Assembly (NCBI GenBank): GCA_000165425.1
Contig: CT868418.1
Location: forward strand, 1 to 64,000
From: Paramecium tetraurelia
Taxonomy: Eukaryota
Length of the DNA stretch: 64,000 nucleotides
Direction of reading: 5' to 3'
Below, in pieces: positions 29,839 through 44,400 of the stretch. Position numbers and translations under genes: made by a program. The notes below the pieces were generated by a model. It made no database searches and was not told the origin of the DNA. It saw only the letters and a list, made by a program, of their open reading frames with translations. Positions within the stretch are counted from its first letter, which is position 1; each line of letters begins with the position of its first letter.

Positions 29839-31132
29839 ATGAGTTCCTCATCTAGTTCTTCATCATCGATGTCTTCATCAAGATCATCTTCCTCAAGTTC
29901 ATCATCTTCGTCAAGATACTCTCACAAAAAACAACAGCGAAGAAAAAACAAATAGAAGGAGGATTAAGATGCTGGCCATTTTGAATATCAAATAGGCATG
30001 AAAATAAAAGCAGGATAATTTGTGATCACACGATTTTTAGGAGATGGCACCTTTGGTCGTGTTTTAGAAGTTAAAACTTGTAATGCTACTTGTAATAATT
30101 ATTATGCCATGAAAGTAATATTATTTGGATTTAAAAGTGCATAAGGGCTGTGGAAAGGTACATTGAATCGGCAAAAATAGAAACCAAAATATTGTGGTAT
30201 ATTTAAGATAAGGATAAGAATGGGGCATTTAATATTGTTAGACTGTTCACGTCATTTGAAAGATATGACAATTATTTCATGGTTTTTGAGAGGGTATTTC
30301 TAAAATAATCATTAAGTTAGGGAAATCATTATATGACATAATAAAGCAGAACAATTACATTGGATTCCCGATCTAATATGTTTAATCGTTTGCCAAATAG
30401 ATTATCATCTCTGTTGCCTTCCTTCATCAGAACCAACTCACTCACACAGACCTCAAACCAGAAAATATCTTGACCACCAATTGCGAATATAAACTGGTCC
30501 CCTTCAAAGGAAAACAGTATTAATTTACGTTCCATTTAGAATCTGGGTCCCTGAACGAGAAATTCTTAAGATCATCGATTTCGGAGGAGCTACCTTTGAT
30601 CATGAATACCACAGCACTGTCATTAACACCAGATAATATCGTGCTCCTGAAGTCATTATGGGCTATCCCAAATGGAATGAGAATAGTGACATCTGGTGCA
30701 TTGCTTGTGTCTTGCTTGAACTATATACAGGTGAGATTATTGATCCCAATTATTCTAGGCGAGTTGTATTTCTAAAACAAAGATGATTTAGAACACATAG
30801 CCATGATCGAAAAAGCTATTGGACCTATGAATTACCGTCATTTCAAGAATTCCAAATATAAAACATTCTTCAATTATGATTAAAAGTACACTTATTGAAA
30901 TTAGAGGTACTTTGATTAGCATCGATCCTATTTCAAATGGAATTCAGTGGCACCAAGTGATTCTGCTATTGAAAGAGTCAAGAAATTGAAAACTTTCGAA
31001 GAATTAATACCAGCTAAACATGCCCTCTTTATTGATCTGATTAGAAAGATGCTCCAAATAGATCCTGAAGAACGTATGCCCTTACGAAAACTAATTCATC
31101 ACCAATTTTTTCAACAGGTATTCTAAGATTGA
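29839..31132 (+). CDS. CLK/LAMMER dual-specificity kinase
   Basis: Poly-Ser N-terminus; [48 protein letters not shown]-type motif EHIAMIEK. Confidence 0.95.
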
Positions 31133-31224
31133 TTATCATCTAAATAAATTGTTCAGCTTATATATTCATAATCTCTTATTCATATATATTTATATCACTC
31201 AAACTTAGTTTAGTATTTAAATAA

Positions 31225-31708
31225 ATGTAATTAAAATTGAAATCCTACGAACTAGAATATTTCGATGAGATCCTTGAAAAAAAAGTGTATTTATGTCCAA
31301 TCAACAAATCTCATTCACTAAAATCCGTAGATCAGTTCATCTAACACCTACACACTTGTAAAGAAAGCGCCAATTACCAAGTGAAGAAATACATATGTAG
31401 ATTTAACTAATTTCATTGGTTTAATACTGCTAAGGTAATATGTGTAAATTATCAAAAAGGATAGAATAGTACATGAGTTCTTCTATTGCGAAGATAAAGA
31501 AACTGTTATGCCTTAAAATGAGGTCATAATAAATCAGATGAACGAAGTATTCTTACCATTAAACGAAGATCATAGTTTTCAACTCAAATAATATTTCAAA
31601 AAAGGTAATTCATAAGCTAGACCTAATTTCAGAAATTTCATTTCGGAATTTCAAAGGAGAGATCCAGAAAAAGAGTCCTCGGTCAAAAGAATTAAACTAA
31701 ATTAATGA
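31225..31708 (+). CDS. GTSF1: Double CHHC (U11-48K-type) zinc-finger protein, GTSF1/Asterix-like, 152 aa
   Basis: ZF1 CPINKSH-x10-HLHTC; ZF2 CRFNQFH-x10-HEFFYC; one 25-nt intron at 31435-31459. Confidence 0.8.
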
Positions 31709-31911
31709 CTTTGATTATTAATTCTATAATCAAAATATATAATAAATTTATAAATTTAACAACAAACAAAGACAATATAGGATAATAGCTATATATATCA
31801 ACTTTTTAAAACCTAGAACAAACATTAGAAATAAGAGAATATCGAAAATTAAGTGATTAATTATTTTCTAACCAATAAATTAGTTCCTTTCATTATTTTA
31901 ATTAAAAAAAT

Positions 31912-33364
31912 TCAAAGCCAAGTTTCTTACATTTGAGTATTTATTTGCTGCCACACCTATAATACTGTCTACATCATCTTATTAAAATGTTTGTTGTATT
32001 GATCAGTAAATGTTTCATATTCATTTTTGAAGTTCTCCACAAATTTACTCATGTTTTTTTAATGATCGTTCAATTATGTCTAAATCAATGCTTATTACTC
32101 AGGCTAATTAAATAAATGAATATTAATACAGCGTATTTGGCACTAGTCAAAGCAGCTGCATGATCAGTTATCGATTATTGTAAATCAGCTCTATATTTAA
32201 CAATATTCAAAACTACTTCCATGTCTAATAAGTATTACTAGCCTAATTTTCAACATATTATTACATCAATCGTGTAGATTATTGGCATTACACTAGCAAA
32301 GGAGTCTCTTAATGCTATTGATATTGTTTCGCATTTCGTATTCATATGCTCTTTATACCCAATATCATTCTGGATCTCGTCAAAAAGAGTAGACAATTTC
32401 ATAAATTGTTTGCTCTGTTCAAATTTATTTAGAAATGTCTTTTCTAATTAATCCCTAATATTCTTGATCTTAACCTTCTAGATATTGATTTCCTATACAG
32501 CAATTTAGCAATATTTTTCCATTTCGTTGTCGTTGTTTTGTGGATCTAATATGGATCATTAAAATAAATACTAAAGAATATATTTCCAATTTTTCCAAAT
32601 GCATTTACAACCATATTTTTACTGACATTTATCGATAGTTTCTATTGTTTTTATGCTTGATAGTTCTGTACCAGTTTTTTGAAGTCCTAATCCTATAAGG
32701 TCATAAATTTTTCAATAATTTCACAATCCTTTAATTATAAGTGACTCAGAGTTTTTCTTAAAAATTCTTCAAGACCCTTTTATCGCTATGATCTAATAGA
32801 ATTAGTATAGCCTGTTATGTTGAATTTAGCCAACATGTTCTTTTAAGGGATTGAAGGTATAATGATACCTGGGAAGTTTTCAACGAGCTCTTCGAAAAGC
32901 CACTCAAAATCAGAATATTATCTTGTAACAAGTGCCTTATCATTTTCATCAATATAACTTTCAATTTCATAAAAAACAGTCTCGTATTTTAACAACTATT
33001 AATTGATTTCCACATTCTTAAAACAAAATTTTCTTTCCATAGCTTTGTTTATCTTTTTCGATAAAGGAGGTAACTAATTAAAATTTAAACAGCATACTTA
33101 GACAGGCTGAATCTTCGGTTTAACAATTTATGTACTTTCGTATGGCTTAGTATCTATAGAAACTGAGTCCTGTTCTTTAGGTGGAATAACAAATTCATCC
33201 AGTCCTGAATGGTAAATATTTTGTTAACTGTATTGAGTCTCATTTTTTTCCATTTAGAATTCATCACTTGAATCCAAGACTTCAACGTCATCCATTTTTT
33301 TAACAGTTTGAAGTTGATTAAGAAATTTGTGATAATCACATTGTGGTTATTCTTCATCTGACAT
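31912..33364 (-). CDS. Sorting nexin (PX plus BAR-like helical region)
   Basis: VTRQYSDFEWLFEELVENFPGIIIPSIPQKN...RQKGLEEFLRK, followed by a long helical C-terminus. Confidence 0.88.
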
Positions 33365-33949
33365 CCTAGCAATTAAATTAATAAAATAAAATATAACAAA
33401 ATCAAAATATGAATATATGAAATACATTACAATCCACAATACTCTTTAGTAAAATTACTCTACTATCTTAGTTATCAACTGCTCAAATGATTAACACAAG
33501 ATTGTTCAATTTTTTAAAACTATTTCTATATTTTAATTATTATAACTCAATATTGTTTCAAATATACAAAATATATCCATCCTAAATTATAATATTAGGA
33601 ATATAATATCGAATTGAAAAATTACAATAGAATATTTTAATATATTGATTATTTTCATTTTTTTTATGTATTAGCTCGATTAATTAGGTAGTCCACAATT
33701 TCTTCTATTTGTTCAATGAATAAAAAGAGAGATTCAGTTCTATTTATAGAAGTTATCAGTATTCTATGAATAAATCTTTTTTATATTCATATTTAATGTT
33801 TAGAATAATAAAAGTTAATAGAATTTATGTTTATGTAGGTAACATAAGTACATTACATACTCTTATCAAAATATTACATGATACTACTATGATATTTCAT
33901 TCTTAAATTAAGGTTTCAAATGTTCTTTCAAACTTATTCGATATTTATT

Positions 33950-34600
33950 GAAAACAAATCTTTCATTTATTGTTATCAATAGATTAAATTTTTTAGAAAT
34001 TTATTATTTTTGCTTCTGGCTTATAAAAATAAAGTGTTCTTTTGATTATTATTTTGAATTTTATCAGTCTTTTAGTCATAATCAAAATGTTAAAATTTGC
34101 CCTATTTAGTTTTTGTTGTTATCTTTTATTTTAAGATTTTAATATTACCTACACAATTACTTAAATTATATAACATATAATTTAGCAATCTCATGATAAC
34201 TTTGTTTTATGCTTGAAGAGTGTGTTTTAATTTCCCTTGTCTTTGTTCGAAATTGAAATAAACTCAATATCTTAATCAAAATATACTAATTTGAGTAGAA
34301 AACAACACTTGCTTTATGTTGTCTCTTCTTATATATCAAGTAACTCAAATGCATAATTATTAAATATCTTTTTCCTTAATTCTTGAATATTCACTGTGCT
34401 CTCTACATATTACTCTAATTTATTGGATTCTAAAAATCTGCTAACTTTTCAAATATTTCACCTTTCAATTTCTCTAATTTACCTAAATTAATGCTCTGAC
34501 CCTGCCAAAAGGTATTTAATATATATATTACTAAAATATAAATTCTGCCCTTTCACAGTTTTACTTTTACCATTAATTTCAATGTTTTTTCTAGAATAAA
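33950..34600 (-). pseudogene. Decayed gene relic
   Basis: Protein-like segments (QGQSINLGKLEKLKGEIFEKLADF; RRDNIKQVCFLLKLVYFDQDIEF) broken by several TGAs. Confidence 0.3.
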
Positions 34601-34746
34601 AATAATTCTGAATGACTGAATAGGAATTATTTAGAATACAATCCACTAAAGTTTAAATTATTTATCATCGTAGCATTAATCTTGAGATAATTGATAATCA
34701 TATCTATTTTTATACATATTTATTAAATAAACTTTGATTAATATTA

Positions 34747-34953
34747 ATGAGCAAACCTGGATTAGGTCTAAACTCATTTCATTTGGTTTTCATTGAAAAA
34801 TCATATGGTGACATCGACGAAGGGCAGCGAATCTATTCTGATAAAACTATGAGATTTGATGAAGAAATCATGATCTGCTTTTTCCATCAGAAAGAAAAGG
34901 TCACCTAAATTGTAGACAATAAAAAGAAAACTATAAAGCAATGCTTGAAATGA
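34747..34953 (+). CDS. Small intronless hypothetical protein (68 aa)
   Basis: MSKPGLGLNSFHLVFIEKSYGDIDEGQRIYSDKTMRFDEEIMICFFHQKEKVTQIVDNKKKTIKQCLK-TGA; GC is higher than the flanks. Confidence 0.65.
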
Positions 34954-34999
34954 GGAATCTCCAAATCATGACTTTATAATATTCTTTATATTCTGTTCT

Positions 35000-36892
35000 T
35001 ACTTACGTACTTTAATTAACAAATCAAAAGCAGTTTATACTTTAAACCAAATCATAATGAGAAAATCTTTAATTACTACTCATACAACTTTTATAAACAT
35101 TGTCAATCCTCTGTTCCTCAACTTTTCAAACAAATTTCACAACTCCATCCAAAACTCATTTATTAACTTATTGTTCACTGTAGATAATCGCTATAAATAA
35201 ACTGTCTCATTGTTATATCATACGTCATCGCTTAAGAGTATCCAGCTGAAATAATTAGTTTTTCTTCTCAAAGTAAAAATCTACATAAGTACTCCCAAGT
35301 TTATTCTTGAGAAATTTCATCAAACGACTGATTTCTTAAGCAAATTCAAATTTGGAATAAAATATCCTTCTGCTTTGAGATTTTAACTTATGAAAATTTA
35401 TTTAGACTATTCTTATTATAAATGATTTAATTCTCCAAAATATACAAAAAATCCTAAATATTCAAAATTTTTATTAATTCTCTTTATTTTTCATATCCAT
35501 CTTAATATAATTTTTAATAAATTCGGAAAAAAGAGAACTAAGATAAACTATACATAGAAAAAGTTGTCGTTATTCCTTTATGAATTATTAGAGGATTGTT
35601 TCAATAATCTAAAGGTATTGAATACTAATAAATCCATAATTTGTAGATATTCATTTTAATAGAGTATACTAAAATCTGTTATTATTAATACCTACAGTGT
35701 GATTTGAGACTTAGATATTAGAAAGAAGCAATGATGAGTATTTATCAGATTTTATCATTGATGATTTCTTCTAGATATAACTTCACCAAATTTAAAATAA
35801 TTGGAACTCTTTAAACAGACTCACACAAATAATATTCTTCTTATTAAAAGCAATTACTCCACCTTGCATTTAATACTATCAATCCATCATAAGATAATAT
35901 TTGTTATTATGCATAGCCAATTTTGAATTGTAACAATAATATATATATTGTGGAACTACTAATCATAATATCTAGTTATGTTAAGCCTTATATACTGTAA
36001 TTAACAATTTCAACATAAACTATTTCTGGAAGGATGCTTCTAATATTTGAGTTTGCTTTTGAAATCCTTTTAAAATGAAATGCTTGGAGACATCTACCTT
36101 TTCCAAATCAGTTTAATAAATTAATATAATATCATTTAGAAAAGGATTATCTGAAGAATTTTAACTTTTTAGTATTTAATTCAAAGCAGGTTTTATATTG
36201 AAAGCGCTTAAATATTCCATCCATATATTAGTCCTTTTCAAACACTTAGATCATTTTTTTAGATATTTATGTAACAATTTGTTTTCAATATTAGATCTAT
36301 CTTTTATAATACTTTTGAGTTTACATGTTATCTGATAACATATTGTTTTTAATCAACTATTAAAATGAAGCTAACTTTAATAGAAAGTAAATATAATCTT
36401 GTTAAACTTATGTTTTAATTGATAAATTAGAATCTCCAGAATTTGATACTAAAATAAATAAGTAGTTCTTGTATTAAACTTACTCAAGCTTTGAAATTTT
36501 GTATTTTAATTTGATTTACTTTATATATAATTAAACTTACTTATATTTTCGAATGTTAATAAATTACTAAAATTCTATGTCATTAAGAAGCTAATCTAGA
36601 AAGATGTGGCTTTAGATTTATATTTACTCCAAGATTTTCAAACTTTACTATTTCAATTTATAGGATTGTAATATCCACCCTAATTGAAGTAGCATATTAT
36701 TTTTGTACAGGGACACAATTACAGTAATGCTCCCAGAATATTTGAGAGACAGATACTAAGTTCATCATAAAATGCCACTTCTTAAGATTGTTGGAACTTC
36801 ACAAAATTGGGTTTGAGAGCGAAGGTTTATTGGATTGTGCCCAAGAGTTGGTATTCTTCTGAAATGGAGGGTTACAAAAAGGTGCTCTACAT
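35000..36892 (-). CDS. Hypothetical protein; 3' part unresolved or disrupted
   Basis: MQSTFLQPSISEEYQLLGTIQQTFALKPNF... with canonical short introns at the 5' end; all three frames hit TGA near 35000-35270. Confidence 0.4.
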
Positions 36893-37082
36893 TAATTTAA
36901 AATGTGAATGAGTTTGTTTAAGTAAGAGAGACTAAAAAGATTTAAATAAATTTAGTTTTTTTTGAAGTGGTGTATAAAAAACATTAAGATGTTGAAATTT
37001 AAATATTAAAGTTGAATACTATTGTTTTTGGTTTGATATATTAAATTTATGTGATTTGAATGATATAAAATATTATAATAAA

Positions 37083-39512
37083 ATGAATAACTAATCTGTG
37101 AATATGCATTACAATGACCAGATAAAGATGAAGGCGTCAGAAGTATTTCAGAGTCACTATATTAATACCCAAACATCGAAATAGGAATAAACTATTGTAA
37201 TTTGCTTAATTGTTTTTGGCAATATAATTTGGAACGTGATTGCTAATTTTTAAAACACTGAGTTAAGTCGTTATCGCTTGGAATTAACGATTAAAGTTAT
37301 TGAGACTCTTTGGATTGTATTTCACTACCTGAAGAAAAAGTAAGCATTTGTAAGAATAATAGAACTACCTAGACTCCAGAGTCCTTTTTGAATTTAGGTT
37401 TAACAATTTTATTGATAAATGGCCTAATTACAATATTCACCATAGAGGAGTAAAATCTATTATATGCTTTTTAGTGTACTCAGAAGATCGGAGTAGGTAT
37501 TGGACCAATTTACTTTTTTCATATTAATCCACCAATATATCTACAATAGGTTTTCCTTGAAATTGCACCAGACTCATCAGGTAATCGGAATCAGTAGTGT
37601 TTTGGTGTTTTAGAGTTTTTGGGGAAACCACCTTTTTAGCACAATCAAAATGATAACAGTGTAAGGAGTTTTCATTTTATCAAAATAATTGCGATAACAA
37701 AGACTGATGAATGAGACTCAAAACAAGATCAAGCAATTCAATGAAGAGTTGGATTAATTGAAGTAGTAGTAATAATAATAGATTAATAAATATCAAGAAG
37801 AAATAGATTCGAAATCACAGATGCAATTGCAATCTAGGGCTAATGACCTAGTGAATAAATTGAAACTAATCAAATTTAAGCAGTAATGCGAAATCAAGAA
37901 TCAGATGTTAAAGAATGTTGGTCAATAACAAGAAAAGTTATAATCGATGGTTTCAATAACAGAAGTAATGGGAAGGGATGAAATCGATGAAGCCACAAAT
38001 CAACAAAATTACTCATCATCGCCTAAAATGGAGAACTTCAAGAGGAGAGCAAGCAGAACTCTATCTCAAAATTCGGATTTAAAAGGAAAAAACTTTCAGT
38101 TTGATCAATAGCAATCTCACTCGGATTAAGATATCGTGAAGGGTGACAATTATATCACAATTGATGAAATCGACGATCTACTGAATTTGTTGACTGGTAA
38201 GAAGGACAATATATGGTTGCCAAAGTTCTTGAGAAGTCATCGCTAATTGGATTGTTTAAATAGTAACAACAGCATTTAACAAGCATCCAAAGAGGATCAA
38301 TTTAGTTAAGATGCCAAGAAGTAAGATTATATTCATAAATCTAGATTCATACTTTCCCATTTCACTTAAAAAGAAGCTTCCTTCTAATATATTGATGACA
38401 TTTAGGATGATGTGGATGACATAGCTGAGAAAACTCTAATTGATTTCAACATCAATTTCCTATAACAAGATTTCACATTAAACAACTTAGACTTATCATA
38501 GAGGATGATTTTTATAGAAGGTTCTATAAATTTGTTTAAAATATTCAAGGTCATCTAAACTTTGAAGATTACTAATCTGGAAACACTTGGAGAATTTAGT
38601 GTCAAAATAGAATCTCTATATCAGAATAATTTCTATCATAATTCAATGCATGCCATAGATGTCGCAAATTCAACAGCATTTTTCTTACAAAATGGATTGT
38701 CAACTTTAATCGATGATTTCTAAGCTACTTGCTTATTGATTTCGTCATTGGCACATGACATCGGACATCCAGGATTAAATAATGGGTTTATGACTGCAAA
38801 TAGATGTCGATTAGCCTTATTATTTAATGACCAAAGTGTTTTGGAGAATTATCACTCATTTCTTTTGTTCTAGGTTCTCACTCAAAGCAATTGCAATATC
38901 ATTGAAAACCTAAGCATCAATGAAATCAAGGGATTCAGAAAGTACTGTTTGAATCTTATTCTTGATACTGATCTAACCAGACACTTTCAATTGATGAACA
39001 AATTCTAAAATTATTTGAATGTCAATGAATCTCCTGCTGTTGATTAGCAATTAATTATGTCGATTGGAATTAAATGTGCAGGTATTATAGTTATTATTGT
39101 TCTATTCAGATGTTGGACATGGGGCAAAAGAATTGAAATTGCACAAATTGTGGAGTCGTAGAATTGTTGAGGAGTTCTTTTTGTAAGGGGATTTAGAGAA
39201 CTATTTGAAAGTACCCATCTCACCAATGTGTGATAGAAATCAGAATGTTTCCAAATCCCAGGAGGGCTTTTTGAAAGCCATAGTGTTGCCGATGTTTGAG
39301 GCCTTTTCAACAATCCTAAAGAAGTAATTGCTCATTTGATTAGTAGTGAAAACATCTAAAAAACTTGTGTTGATTAGGTAAAATAAAACATAGAATACTG
39401 GTAATAGCAGGAGACTGATTAGAAGTTTATGGAAGAAACTGTATTTGACACTAATTCAGGATTGGAAACTCTTCAGAAGTTCCTACATGAGCCACTTCAT
39501 ATTGAGATTTGA
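37083..39512 (+). CDS. Class I cyclic-nucleotide phosphodiesterase with N-terminal transmembrane segments
   Basis: YHNSMHAIDV, AHDIGHPGLNN, SVLENYH, DTDL, KCA/DVGH, EEFFLQGD, SQEGF; hydrophobic N-terminal helices followed by a Gln-rich coiled coil. Confidence 0.95.
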
Positions 39513-39576
39513 TTTTTATGTAATAGATAATTGATCGTTGATGTGATTTAGAAAAAAACTAATATAAGAATAATTG

Positions 39577-41305
<1,729 letters not shown>

Positions 41306-41465
41306 TTAAATTGTAAATGATTAAATAAAAATATTACTTTAATTGGAACTCGGCCAATTCAAAATAACAATGGCACCATCAGGGGGGGGAGAGACACACA
41401 CAAATTTTGAGGATGAGGATTATATGTTATATTAAAATCAGATTATAAAACAATTTAAAAAATTG

Positions 41466-44400
41466 ATGAAAATAGACATAACTATTCTCCTGATTCTCGT
41501 ATCAATAACAGTAAATATTAAATTAAGAGTGGTAGATTGAGGAACTGTAGGAGATCAAGACAGGTTGTTAGACAGTACAGAATCCATGCTTGAAAAAATG
41601 TGAAGAGGGCTATCAACTGTGTGAAGATCGGAATAATAGAAGATGTGAGTACGGCTATTTTAAATTAAATATAGAGGATGAGAACTACTGTGTGAGATGG
41701 TATTGAATTTGATTTTTAAATAAAAAGTCCATTTTCATATGTGGACGAAATGATGTACTTATGTATGGATTGTCCAGAGAATTCAGACACCTGGTAAAAT
41801 TCCAGATCATGCACATATAATTATGCCATCACACATGGAGATGTATTTGGGGCATTTAGAAAGATCGCAATTACTGAAACTTAAATTTTCAAAATACGCC
41901 AAGTACCATCCAAAACAGAAGGAGGGAGCAATACCTATTCAACTGAATTATGCTAGGGGTGTTAAGCATTTTGTGATTAGTCTGATGCTGCAGATGAAGA
42001 ACTAGAATGCAATATCCTGTCAGATCAGGATGATGTTATATATATTGGAGTAATATGTTCCGATGGCTATTACTTTGACAACGACACCTGTATGATTTGT
42101 CCTTTTTATAATTGCAAAACTTGTGATAGTCAGGAATGCTCTGAATGTTTTGATGGATATACAATGGATCCCACTCAAAAATGTATCCCTTGTTTTGAAG
42201 GTTGTGCAAAATGCGAATATTAAAATGGAATTCTGTGTTTAGAGTGCATTCAAACGAAGGATACTTATCAGATTATGATGTAGAATGGAGCAATCTGCTC
42301 CTCTTGTGATGATGGATGCATAAGATGTTAAGTTGAGTATGTGGATGGAGTAGAATAACAACGATGCACTCAATGTTAAGCTGATTATATTGTACAAAAT
42401 GAAGGGTCGAGGTGTGAATACAAAGAGATCTTCGATTGCGAAATAGCTTACTTTGAATATTCTAAAGATGGAGTGAATAAATTGTAGACATATAATTTAG
42501 ACTTTGAAATTGTTAGAGACTACTCAGCCAAATTAAAATGTTATAAATGTCAAGAGGGCTATAAACTAACAGGTGGAGAGGATTGCAGTCCATATACTGA
42601 CACCGATCCCTTCTGTAGCACTCGTGATTAAGATAAAAATCTATGTTTAGAATGCTAAGATAACAAGGTACTTAAATATGACAATGGAGGCACTTTATCT
42701 AGTTCTTGTGTGCCAGACTAAGATTGCAGTAAGAAAATTGACTATTGTGTGCAATGCATCTCATACATGGTTGATTCGGTTGAGTTGTATCAATGTCTAA
42801 AATGTCAAAAAGGGTATTATCCTGATATCTTCTCCAATCTATGTTTACAATGCCAATCCAGATGTGATGAATGTTGGCAATATACTAATACTTATAACAT
42901 CACCGCCTATCTACAATTGCAACTAGCTGGAATAGATTATGAATAATTTAAATAAGACTTAGTACTCATTCAAATGGAAAAACTCAATGATCCCTTTTGT
43001 TCGATTTGCCAAGTTGGATTCAATTTATACAACAATCAATGCAAAGGTTGTACTGATAGCTGTGTTCCTTAAAGAATTTAAGATGGAGACTCAGAATGCT
43101 TGTACATAGATGATACTGCTTATTGTGCCAAGTGTCCTGTCCCCTCATTATAATAATCATTGACTTTTGACAATAGTGAATGCAATTAGTGTCCTTATAA
43201 TTGCATTGCTTGCAGAGAAAGGACAGAGCAGGAAATCAATTTAGTCAATCCTTTTTTTGATCCAGACTCAGATCAATTTCTAAAATACAGTAATTATTGC
43301 TACAAAACAACTTAGCCACAAGCTGATCAAAAGATATACATTGACTCGTTCTTAGGAGTTCCCATTACTTGTGCTAATAATCCAAACTACAAAGGATGTT
43401 ATAAAAAACTAGATACTACTTTCAATGTCTATTGTGGAGATACTAATGATGTCCCAAAAGCAAATGAAATCAAATTGAAAGATGTATATAAAAAATAGAA
43501 AACTAAGACTGTCACTTTATTTCTCTAAGGATTAGAGAATGCCTATAAGTATAATGAATACAATTAGCAAACTGTCAACTAAATTGATATCCATATTAAT
43601 TTCATTTCTGATAATCATGGCACTTGTAACTTTGATAAACCCATTTAGATCAAATCAAGTTTTTAAAAGAACATTTTTACTTTACAACAACTATCAGTAA
43701 TAATCAATGGCTAGCATTCGATCTTTAAACAAGCTGGAAGACTAATTCTTAAAGATTATTCTTATGTAGAAATTAAAAATGTCAATTTCAAAGAAAAAGC
43801 ATCTAGTGAATTTGGATTAGAGATTTTAGGTAAGAAGACGAAGTTAACTATTACAAACTGTAAAATTGTTAAGGATAATCTTGCAAGCTCATTTAATATA
43901 GTGTTATAAAATACTATATACCTCAAACTATAGTAAGTTGAATTTGAAAATCTTAAAAATGAAACGATCATCGATTAAACATCAACTGATGAATTTGAAG
44001 AATAAGGGCAGTATATATTTGAGGATGTTCATATAAAAAATAGTGAAATAAATGATGTTCTTATGACGGTTAATTACATAGGAGCTGATAATATTTTATT
44101 AATCAATTCACTAAAGTTCTCGAATTCTAACATTACTGATACAGCTGTCTTTTCAGATTTAATAACAACTCCAAGTTATAGTGCTATTATAAATGATCTT
44201 AAACTGATCAAATGTACAATTACAAATGCAAGCATCTTTAATTTTGCCTTAGTCAAATCATTCCAAGCAGAAAACATAGAAAGTGTATTGACTTTATTCC
44301 AAAAAAGGTCTAATTTCATAATAAGCACTACTTTCACAATTGAAAAACTGTTTTGCTATCGCTCTTTATTTGCTAATAACTCCTAACTCATGATTTCAAA

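Noticed and set aside
33950..35270. In-frame TGAs at Trp-like positions suggesting UGA=Trp or context-dependent stops
   Set aside because: All intact conserved genes use TGG for Trp and end at TGA; internal TGAs occur only in regions that also have indels, consistent with G-to-A decay.
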